Both the position numbers and the translations under genes were made by a program. Of a stretch of DNA of 32,000 nt, positions 24,213-31,282 are shown in pieces (the stretch's first letter is position 1; each line of letters opens with the position of its first letter). The stretch lies in the NCBI GenBank assembly GCA_017744365.1, contig JAGIBL010000001.1, positions 771,416-803,415 on the forward strand, read 5' to 3'. This DNA comes from Nocardioidaceae bacterium. Lineage in GTDB: Bacteria; Actinomycetota; Actinomycetes; Propionibacteriales; Nocardioidaceae. The notes under the pieces were generated by a model. It searched no databases and was not told where the DNA came from. It was given only the letters and a program-made list of their open reading frames with translations.

Positions 24213-24832
24213 CGGAGGCCCTCGTCCCGGCCAGGACCGCGCTGGTGATCGTGGACATGCAGAACGACTTCCTGCATCCCGACGGGGCGCACGGACGCGC
24301 CGGCCTCGACATCGGCGCGGGCCTGGCGCTGCTGCCGGCGCTCAACGACTTCGTCGCGCAGTGCCGCCGGGTGGGCGTGCTCCCGATCTACCTGCAGGAG
24401 GTGCTGACCCGGCACACCAGCATGGCCAACCTGGTCGCGCAGTGGGGCCGCTGGGACACCCTCGTGGTCGAGGGCACCTGGGGCGCGCAGCTGCACGACG
24501 ACCTGGTCCCGCGCGAGCCGGACGAGCCGCTGGTGGTGAAGAGCAACTACGACGGCTTCCAGGACACCGTGCTCGACCTGGTGCTCAAGGCGCACGGGAT
24601 CAGCACGCTGCTCTTCGCCGGCGTCGGCACCAACGTGTGCGTGGAGACGACCGCCCGGCACGCCTACGGGCTGGGCTACCGGGTGGTGACCCTGGAGGAC
24701 CTCTGCGCCGCCTCCAGCGTGCCCGAGCACGAGGCCGCGATCTGGAACCTGGGCACCTACTTCGGCGAGGTACGGCGCAGCGCCGAGATCGTCGCGGACT
24801 GGGCCTTGACACCTCAAGTGACTCATCTCTAA
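24209..24832 (+). CDS. Isochorismatase-like cysteine hydrolase (copy 2, general PncA/RutB/BiuH-like type)
   Basis: It has a GTGA overlap. The D-K-C triad context is LVIVDMQNDF, VVKSNYDGF and GVGTNVCVETTARHA. It ends in TAA, which lies inside the TCTAAG motif. Confidence 0.85.
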   Translation: MTEALVPARTALVIVDMQNDFLHPDGAHGRAGLDIGAGLALLPALNDFVAQCRRVGVLPIYLQEVLTRHTSMANLVAQWGRWDTLVVEGTWGAQLHDDLVPREPDEPLVVKSNYDGFQDTVLDLVLKAHGISTLLFAGVGTNVCVETTARHAYGLGYRVVTLEDLCAASSVPEHEAAIWNLGTYFGEVRRSAEIVADWALTPQVTHL

Positions 24833-24835
24833 GTT
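24806..24835 (+). promoter_or_regulatory. Internal promoter candidate inside module B (TTGACA, 18 nt, TAAGTT)
   Basis: GCCTTGACAC is identical to the 10-mer at 13153-13162. The -10-like TAAGTT at 24830-24835 includes the TAA stop of the upstream gene. Confidence 0.4.
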
Positions 24836-24848
24836 GTTTAGACCTAAG
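24832..24848 (+). promoter_or_regulatory. Conserved 17-nt box AGTTGTTTAGACCTAAG (copy 2)
   Basis: It matches 22589-22605 at 15 of 17 positions. It ends 31 nt before GTG 24879. Confidence 0.4.
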
Positions 24849-24878
24849 TAATTCTCCGAACGAACGAGGGTGACAAGC

Positions 24879-25520
24879 GTGGATCTCATCAAGTCGACCG
24901 TCCTCCCCGAGGGCGCCGAGGAGCTGCAGTCGCTGCACATCGCGGCGCGGGGGCACGTGGCGTTCACGATGCGGGCAGGCAACGTGGTCCGGATCGTCGA
25001 CGTCGAGGGCCAGCAGGTCGCCGACCTGGTCGCCTTCAACCAGACCGACCACACCGAGCGGCTCAACGGCGAGACGACGATGCTGCTCAACGGGACCTAC
25101 AACCCGCGCGAGGGTCACGTGGTCTACAGCGACGACTGCAACCCGATGTTCACGATCATCGACGACAAGGTCGGCCGCAACTACCCGGGCGCACTGATGT
25201 GCTCCCAGGAGATGAACCTGATCCGCTACGGCATCCCGGGCACCGTCAACTGCCGCGACAACCTCACCGACGCGCTGCGTCCCTGGGGGATCGGCATGAA
25301 GGACATCCCCGGCGCCTTCACGCCGTTCATGAACGTGATCCACCACCCCGACGGCCGCGCCGAGATCGCCGAGCCGCCCTCGGCCGCCGGGGACCACATC
25401 GACCTGCGCGCGGAGATGGACCTCCTGGTCGCGATCAGTGCCTGCCCGCAGGAGCGCAACCCGGTCAACGGCTGGAAGCCCAGCTCGCTCGACGTCGTCG
25501 TCTACCACCAGGAGTCCTGA
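24879..25520 (+). CDS. DUF1989 (urea-carboxylase-associated / carboxyguanidine-deiminase family) protein
   Basis: It has VRIVDVEGQQVADLVAF, DHIDLRAEMDLLVAISACPQ and the family-typical C-terminus. GTG 24879 lies 8 nt after GAGGG. An alternative start is GTG 24870, as in the ORF track. Confidence 0.8.
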   Translation: MDLIKSTVLPEGAEELQSLHIAARGHVAFTMRAGNVVRIVDVEGQQVADLVAFNQTDHTERLNGETTMLLNGTYNPREGHVVYSDDCNPMFTIIDDKVGRNYPGALMCSQEMNLIRYGIPGTVNCRDNLTDALRPWGIGMKDIPGAFTPFMNVIHHPDGRAEIAEPPSAAGDHIDLRAEMDLLVAISACPQERNPVNGWKPSSLDVVVYHQES

Positions 25521-26509
25521 TGAAGAGTCCACGGTCACCCCGCCCGCGCTGGTACCTCGTCGCCGCCCTCGCGGCACTCGGGCTCGCGGTCACCGCCTGC
25601 GGTAGCAGCGATCCAGGAGCGAGCGGCAAGGCCGGCAGCACCTCGATCAACTTCAGCCTCGGGTACGGCGCGGACAGCCTGTTCGCCCCGATGTACTACG
25701 CCGAGGGCAAGGGCCTCTACGAGGCCGAGGGCCTCCAGGTGCGCATCCAGCCCAGCGGCGGCACCGCGCAGGTGCTGACCCGGATCGAGGCCGGCCAGGC
25801 CCAGCTGGGCGTCGCCGACTCCAGCTCGGTGATCAAGGCGATCGCCGACCAGGACACCCCCGTGATCATCATCGCGGTGCTGCTCGACCACAGCCCGTCG
25901 GTGACCGCCACCCAGAAGTCCTCCGGCATCACCGACATCGCCGGCCTCAAGGGCAAGAGCCTCGGCGACTCGCCGGCCGGCGGCATGTGGCAGCGCACCC
26001 CGGCCCTCCTCGGCGCCAACGGCCTCACCGTCGCGGACATCAAGCGGGTGCCGATCAACCAGGGCGTGAACTCGGCGCTGCTGGCCGGCAAGGTGGACGC
26101 GGTCAACAACTACGCCGAGACGTTCGCCGGTTCCGCGGACAAGCTGAACCTGATCCCGTGGTTCGAGCAGGGCGTCGACCCGGTCGGTGACGTGCTCATC
26201 GTCAACAAGGACTGGGCGAAGAAGAACCCCGACGCGGTCCGGGCGTTCGTGAAGGCGACCATGACCGGCCTGCAGAAGTCGATCGCCGACCCGGCCACCG
26301 CCGCCGAGGTGCTGGCCAAGGCCGCGCAGTCGACGGATCCGGGCTACTTCAGCGACGGCATCGAGCTGCTCGAGCCGTTCTGGACGACCAGCGGCACCAC
26401 CACCTCCGAGCGCTGGGCCGCGACCCAGGAGCTGAACGTGAAGTACCTCGGGCAGACCAAGACGCTGACCGAGGACCAGATCTTCACCGCGGAGTACCTG
26501 CCGAAGTGA
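25520..26509 (+). CDS. NMT1/THI5-like ABC substrate-binding lipoprotein (NitT/TauT family)
   Basis: It has a TGATG overlap and a signal peptide with lipobox-like AVTAC. The type II PBP pattern includes INFSLGYGADSLFAPMYYA and LKGKSLG. Confidence 0.85.
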   Translation: MKSPRSPRPRWYLVAALAALGLAVTACGSSDPGASGKAGSTSINFSLGYGADSLFAPMYYAEGKGLYEAEGLQVRIQPSGGTAQVLTRIEAGQAQLGVADSSSVIKAIADQDTPVIIIAVLLDHSPSVTATQKSSGITDIAGLKGKSLGDSPAGGMWQRTPALLGANGLTVADIKRVPINQGVNSALLAGKVDAVNNYAETFAGSADKLNLIPWFEQGVDPVGDVLIVNKDWAKKNPDAVRAFVKATMTGLQKSIADPATAAEVLAKAAQSTDPGYFSDGIELLEPFWTTSGTTTSERWAATQELNVKYLGQTKTLTEDQIFTAEYLPK

Positions 26510-27732
26510 CCCTGCTCCGCCACGTCCGCCCGTGGGGCGGCGACCCGGTCGACCTCGAGCTCGAGGCCGGCCGGATCGCCGCCGTCGGGCCGCACCAGCC
26601 CTCCCGGGAGCATCCCGGCGATGACATCGACGGGCGCGGCCGGATCGTGGTGCCGGCCTTCACCGACGCCCATGCGCACCTGGACTCCTCGCTGCTCGGG
26701 CTGCCGTTCCGGCCACACACCGGTGGCCCGGCGATCTGGGACATGGTGCTCAACGACCGCGAGCACTGGCGGGACCCGGCCTGGTCGGTGACCGAGCGGG
26801 CGTCGTACACGCTCGGGCTGATGGTTGCGCACGGCGTGACCCGGGTGCGCACCTACGCGCAGATCGACGTGGACTGCCGGTTGGAGCGCTTCGAGGCGGT
26901 GCAGGCCGCGGTCGCCGAGCACCGCGATCGGTGCGACGCGGTGGTGATCGCCTGCCCTCAGGCCGGGCTGCTCCGCGAACCGGGTGTCGTCGAGCTGATG
27001 GAGGAGGCGCTGCGCCAGGGCGCCGACGTGGTCGGCGGCATCGACCCGAGCATGCTCGACCGCGACCCGGTACGGCACCTCGACGTCGTCTTCGGCCTGG
27101 CCGAGCGATACCAGGTGCCGGTCGACATCCACCTGCACGAGCCCGGGCACCTCGGGGTCTGGACCCTCGGCCTGATCCTGGAGCGGACTCGCGCGCTGGG
27201 GATGCAGGGCCGGGTCACCCTGGCGCACGGCTACGGGCTCGGCGGCGTCGACGCGGCCACCACCGCGCGCCTGGTCGAGGAGCTCGCCGAGCTCGACGTG
27301 GCGATGTCGACGGTCGCGCCGCCCCAGGCGGGCACGGCGCTGCCGCTGCTCGACCTGACCGCCGCCGGCGTGCGGGTCGGGCTCGGCCAGGACGGCCAGC
27401 GCGACTTCTGGACGCCGTACGGCAACGGCGACATGCTCGACCGCACCTGGCAGCTCGCCTTCACCCACGACTTCCGCGACGACGCCCTCCTCGAGCACTG
27501 CCTGGCGGTGGCGACCGTCGGGGGAGCGAGCCTGCTCGACCCGTTGTCGCCGCGCATCGGTGCGCCAGGCAGCCGGTCCGGGGTCGAAGTCGGCGATCCC
27601 GCGGACCTGCTCGTCGTCGACGGCGAGTGCGTCGCCCAGGTCGTGATGGACCGGCCGCGCGACCGGACCGTCCTCAAGGCCGGGGTCGTCGTCGCCGACG
27701 GCCTCGTGCTTCGAAACCACCAACCCGTCTAG
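26506..27732 (+). CDS. Amidohydrolase-superfamily enzyme, cytosine-deaminase-like
   Basis: It has a GTGA overlap. The metal-ligand pattern is FTDAHAHLD, VDIHLHE, VTLAHG and GLGQDGQRD, as in CodA / creatinine deaminase / AtzC relatives. Confidence 0.8.
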   Translation: MTLLRHVRPWGGDPVDLELEAGRIAAVGPHQPSREHPGDDIDGRGRIVVPAFTDAHAHLDSSLLGLPFRPHTGGPAIWDMVLNDREHWRDPAWSVTERASYTLGLMVAHGVTRVRTYAQIDVDCRLERFEAVQAAVAEHRDRCDAVVIACPQAGLLREPGVVELMEEALRQGADVVGGIDPSMLDRDPVRHLDVVFGLAERYQVPVDIHLHEPGHLGVWTLGLILERTRALGMQGRVTLAHGYGLGGVDAATTARLVEELAELDVAMSTVAPPQAGTALPLLDLTAAGVRVGLGQDGQRDFWTPYGNGDMLDRTWQLAFTHDFRDDALLEHCLAVATVGGASLLDPLSPRIGAPGSRSGVEVGDPADLLVVDGECVAQVVMDRPRDRTVLKAGVVVADGLVLRNHQPV

Positions 27733-27743
27733 GAGGAACACCC

Positions 27744-28412
27744 GTGAGTGACGACAGCGCCGAGAGCGCGGATCTCGAGTTCTTCGCCGAGCGCGGCTTC
27801 GGAGTGCCGCTCGGCTTCGGCGACCGGCCCGCGGTGGTCGTGGTCGACCTCATCCGCGGCTTCACCGACCCGACCTGGCCGCTCGGCTCGGACCTGACCG
27901 GCCAGCTGGCGGCGACCTCGGCGCTGCTCGACGCCGCCCACGAGGCCGGGCACCCGGTCTTCCTCACCACCGTCCGGTACGACGACCCGGAGCTGCGCGA
28001 CGCCGGCGTGTGGGGCCTGAAGATGAAGGGCGCCTCCTCGCTGATGGCGGGCACCGGTGGCTCCGACATCGACGAGAGGCTGCCGGTGGTGCCGACCGAC
28101 GTGGTGATCGTCAAGAAGTACGCGTCCTCGTTCTTCGGCACCGACCTGGCCTCCCGGCTGGTCAGCCAGGGCGTCGACACCGTGGTCATCACCGGGGCGA
28201 CCACCAGCGGCTGCGTGCGCGCGACCGCGGTCGACGCCGTCCAGCTCGGGTTCCGGCCCGTCGTCGTACGGGAAGGGGTGGGGGACCGCTCCGCGCGCTC
28301 CCACGAGCAGAGCCTGTTCGACCTGAGCCAGAAGTACGCCGACGTGGTCGGCCTCGACGAGGCCGTCAGTGCCCTCGAGGAACGGGCGCTGCAGGAGAGG
28401 ACGCGGTCATGA
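27744..28412 (+). CDS. Isochorismatase-like cysteine hydrolase, N-carbamoylsarcosine amidase / maleamate amidohydrolase-type (copy 3)
   Basis: SD AGGAGG at 27731-27736 lies 7 nt before the GTG. It has VVVVDLIRGF, VKKYASSFF and GATTSGCVRATAVDA. Confidence 0.85.
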   Translation: MSDDSAESADLEFFAERGFGVPLGFGDRPAVVVVDLIRGFTDPTWPLGSDLTGQLAATSALLDAAHEAGHPVFLTTVRYDDPELRDAGVWGLKMKGASSLMAGTGGSDIDERLPVVPTDVVIVKKYASSFFGTDLASRLVSQGVDTVVITGATTSGCVRATAVDAVQLGFRPVVVREGVGDRSARSHEQSLFDLSQKYADVVGLDEAVSALEERALQERTRS

Positions 28413-29305
28413 GCACGACCCCGCGCGAGCACGACCGCTACGACTACTCCGCGATCGTGGACCGGCCGCGGCTGACCTGGCCCGGCGGCGCCCGGGTCGC
28501 GGTCTGGGTGGTCCCGAACGTCGAGCACTTCCTCTTCGACCGGCCCTCGACGGCGAACACCGCGTTCACGATGGGCCTCTCTCCCGACGTGCTCAACTAC
28601 TCCTGGCGCGACTACGGCGCCCGGGTGGGCTTCTTCCGGATGGCCGAGGTGCTCGAGCGGCACGGCTTCCCGGCCACGGTCGCGCTCAACTCCGACGCCT
28701 GCGAGCGGTACCCGCGGATCATCGAGGAGGGCCGGCGGCTCGGCTGGGAGTGGATGGGCCACGGCACCACCAACTCGCTGCTGGTCGACTACGAGGACGA
28801 GGACGAGGAGCGCGCCTTCGTCGAGGAGGTGCTGAGCACCATCGGCGAGGCCACCGGCACCCGGCCGCGCGGCTGGCTGAGCCCGGCGCTGAGCGAGACC
28901 AACCGGACCCTCGACCTGCTCGCCGAGGCCGGCGTCGACTACACCGGCAACTGGGTCAACGACGAGCAGCCCTACGAGATGCGCGTGACGAGCGGCCGGA
29001 TGCTGGCGCTGCCGTACTCGCAGGAGATCAACGACATCCCGGCGATGCTGGAGCACAAGAAGTCCGGCGAGCAGTTCGGGCAGATGATCCGGGACACCTT
29101 CGACGTGCTCTACGAGGACGGCGCGCGCAGCGGCCGGGTGATGGCGATCTGCGTGCACCCGTTCCTCATCGGGCACCCGCACCGCAGCAAGTACTTCGAG
29201 CAGGCGCTCGCGCACATCGCCGCCCACGACGAGGTCTGGCTGGCCACCGGCAGCCAGATCGCCGACCACTACCGCGCGCAGGTCGCGCAGACGGAGACCC
29301 CGTGA
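28409..29305 (+). CDS. Polysaccharide-deacetylase-fold protein, PuuE (allantoinase)-like subgroup, copy B
   Basis: It has an ATGA overlap. It carries YSWRDYGARVGFFR, WMGHGTTN, PRGWLSP and VHPFLIGHP, and is a paralog of 16965..17867. Confidence 0.8.
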   Translation: MSTTPREHDRYDYSAIVDRPRLTWPGGARVAVWVVPNVEHFLFDRPSTANTAFTMGLSPDVLNYSWRDYGARVGFFRMAEVLERHGFPATVALNSDACERYPRIIEEGRRLGWEWMGHGTTNSLLVDYEDEDEERAFVEEVLSTIGEATGTRPRGWLSPALSETNRTLDLLAEAGVDYTGNWVNDEQPYEMRVTSGRMLALPYSQEINDIPAMLEHKKSGEQFGQMIRDTFDVLYEDGARSGRVMAICVHPFLIGHPHRSKYFEQALAHIAAHDEVWLATGSQIADHYRAQVAQTETP

Positions 29306-29979
29306 GTACGACGACCACCGAGGACGCGACCCTGCGCGAGGAGCTCGCGCTGGCGTGCCGGATCCTCGACGAGCGCGGCCTGACCGAGGCCTACGGGCAC
29401 GTCAGCGCCCGGCTCGACGAGCGGACCATGCTGATCTCGCCACGGGTCGGGCCGGGGGTGGCCGCCTCGGACGCGTTCGTGGTGATGACGCTGGACGGGG
29501 AGCACCTCGGCGGCGGCAGCATCCCGATCGAGTGGCACATCCACGGCTCGGTCTACGCCGCCCGGCCGGACGTCCGCGCGATCATGCGGACGCACTCCTT
29601 CGAGGCCAGCGTGCTGTCGATGGTCGGGGAGCCGGTCCGTACCGCGCACTACCTGGGCAGCCTGGCCGGCGCGGGCGCCCGGGTGCACGAGGTGCCCGAC
29701 CTCATCACCGACGCCGACCGCGGCGCGCACCTGGCCGTCGCCCTGGGGGAGGACAGCGCGCTGCTGCTGCGCGGCAACGGCCAGGTGGTCGTCGGCACGT
29801 CGGTCCCCGAGGCCTGCGTGCGGGCGCTGTACCTGGACGAGGCCGCCCGCCTCCAGCGGGCCGCGCTCAGCACCGGCCGCGACCTGCTCGCCTACACCGC
29901 AGCCGAGGTCGAGCGCTTCGCCCCGACCTGGGCCGACCAGGTCAACATCGACCGCGCCTGGGGCTACTACGCCCGTTGA
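29302..29979 (+). CDS. Class II aldolase/adducin-fold protein (aldolase or decarboxylase)
   Basis: It has a GTGA overlap. It carries EAYGHVSAR and the EWHIHGSVYAARPDVRAIMRTHS pattern (E plus three His zinc ligands). Confidence 0.8.
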   Translation: MSTTTTEDATLREELALACRILDERGLTEAYGHVSARLDERTMLISPRVGPGVAASDAFVVMTLDGEHLGGGSIPIEWHIHGSVYAARPDVRAIMRTHSFEASVLSMVGEPVRTAHYLGSLAGAGARVHEVPDLITDADRGAHLAVALGEDSALLLRGNGQVVVGTSVPEACVRALYLDEAARLQRAALSTGRDLLAYTAAEVERFAPTWADQVNIDRAWGYYAR

Positions 29980-30038
29980 GTAGTCACCCCGTCTCCGTTG
30001 AGTAGTCGCCTCGGCACCCTCGAGCAGTCACTTCGTCC
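29973..30038. repeat. Three tandem 22-bp units (core CCnTyGAGyAGTC) straddling the stop codon of the aldolase-fold gene
   Basis: Unit 1 is ccgttgagtagtcaccccgtct, unit 2 is ccgttgagtagtcgcctcggca and unit 3 is ccctcgagcagtcacttcgtcc. Units 1 and 2 match at 18/22 with a perfect 13-mer. Units 1 and 3 match at 16/22. Confidence 0.6.
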
Positions 30039-30136
30039 CTGCCGACCATCGGGAGAGCGGCCACCGGATCGGCTTCGACACCGACATCACCACCCGGCTC
30101 ATCGTCGCGTCGGCGGGCGGGGACTTCCTCACCTGA
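30002..30136 (+). pseudogene. Start-less coding-like fragment, a possible gene remnant
   Basis: The frame runs from a TGA at 29999-30001 to a TGA at 30134-30136. It has 44 sense codons and no ATG/GTG/TTG/CTG. GC3 is 39/44, and 28/28 over the last 28 codons. It reads ...HRIGFDTDITTRLIVASAGGDFLT. Confidence 0.3.
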
Positions 30137-30150
30137 GCCGCGTGCCATAG

Positions 30151-30178
30151 TCGCTCTCGAACCCTAGGGGAGGAGAGC
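30151..30178 (+). promoter_or_regulatory. Nested palindrome overlapping the mscR Shine-Dalgarno
   Basis: CGCTCTC (30151-30157) pairs with GAGAGCG (30172-30178). They flank the perfect palindrome CCCTAGGG (30161-30168). The element ends 3 nt before ATG 30182. Confidence 0.3.
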
Positions 30179-30181
30179 GTC

Positions 30182-31282
30182 ATGCAGCAGGTGAAGGCCG
30201 TCGTGGCCCTGGAGCGCGGCAAGCCCGTCGAGGTCGTGACCATCAACGTGCCGGACCCGGGTCCGGGCGAGGCGGTCGTGAAGGTGCAGGCCTGCGGGGT
30301 CTGCCACACCGACTTGCACTACCGCGAGGGCGGCATCAACGACGACTTCCCGTTCCTCCTCGGCCACGAGGCCGCGGGCATCGTCGAGGCCGTCGGTCCC
30401 GACGTGACCGGGGTGGCGCCGGGCGACTTCGTGGTGCTCAACTGGCGCGCGGTCTGCGGCGAGTGCCGGGCCTGCAAGCGCGGCGACCTGCAGTACTGCT
30501 TCAACACCCACAACGCGACGCAGCGGATGACGCTCGAGGACGGCACCGAGCTGTCGCCGGCGCTGGGCATCGGGGCGTTCGCTGAGAAGACGCTGGTCGC
30601 CGCCGGGCAGTGCACCAAGGTGGACCCCTCGGCCCGGCCCGCCGCCGCCGGCCTGCTCGGTTGCGGGGTGATGGCGGGCATCGGCGCGGCGATCAACACC
30701 GGCGCCGTACGACGGGGGCGGTCCGTCGCGGTGATCGGCTGCGGCGGTGTCGGGGTGGCCGCGATCGCCGGGTCCGCGCTGGTCGGGGCGAGCCCGATCA
30801 TCGCGGTCGACATCGACGCCAAGAAGCTCGAGACCGCCCGCCGGATGGGGGCGACGCACACGGTCGATTCCTCGCAGACCGACCCGGTGGAGGAGATCAA
30901 GCGCATCTGCGCCACGGTGTACGACGGTGCCGACGGCGCGGACGTGGTGGTCGAGGCGGTCGGCCGTCCGGAGACGTGGAAGCAGGCGTTCTACGCTCGC
31001 GACCTGGCCGGCACCGTGGTCCTGGTCGGGGTGCCCACCCCGGACATGAAGATCCCGGACCTGCCGCTGATCGACGTGTTCGGCCGTGGCGGCGCGCTCA
31101 AGTCCAGCTGGTACGGCGACTGCCTGCCCTCCCGCGACTTCCCGATGCTCGTCGACCTGTACCTCCAGGGCCGGCTGGACCTGGACGCCTTCGTCAGCGA
31201 GGAGATCGGCATCGGCGACGTCGAGGCGGCCTTCGAGCGGATGCATGGCGGCGACGTGCTGCGCAGCGTGGTGGTCCTGTGA
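30182..31282 (+). CDS. mscR: S-(hydroxymethyl)mycothiol dehydrogenase (class III Zn alcohol dehydrogenase)
   Basis: The N-terminus [50 protein letters not shown] is the characteristic signature. It has the structural-zinc [15 protein letters not shown] and GCGGVG. SD GGGGAGGAGAG lies upstream. Confidence 0.85.
   Translation: MQQVKAVVALERGKPVEVVTINVPDPGPGEAVVKVQACGVCHTDLHYREGGINDDFPFLLGHEAAGIVEAVGPDVTGVAPGDFVVLNWRAVCGECRACKRGDLQYCFNTHNATQRMTLEDGTELSPALGIGAFAEKTLVAAGQCTKVDPSARPAAAGLLGCGVMAGIGAAINTGAVRRGRSVAVIGCGGVGVAAIAGSALVGASPIIAVDIDAKKLETARRMGATHTVDSSQTDPVEEIKRICATVYDGADGADVVVEAVGRPETWKQAFYARDLAGTVVLVGVPTPDMKIPDLPLIDVFGRGGALKSSWYGDCLPSRDFPMLVDLYLQGRLDLDAFVSEEIGIGDVEAAFERMHGGDVLRSVVVL

Noticed and set aside
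30028-30309. A 93-aa minus-strand ORF spanning the mscR start region
   Set aside because: It overlaps the well-supported mscR N-terminus in antisense, has no motif or SD, and its sequence is not protein-like.
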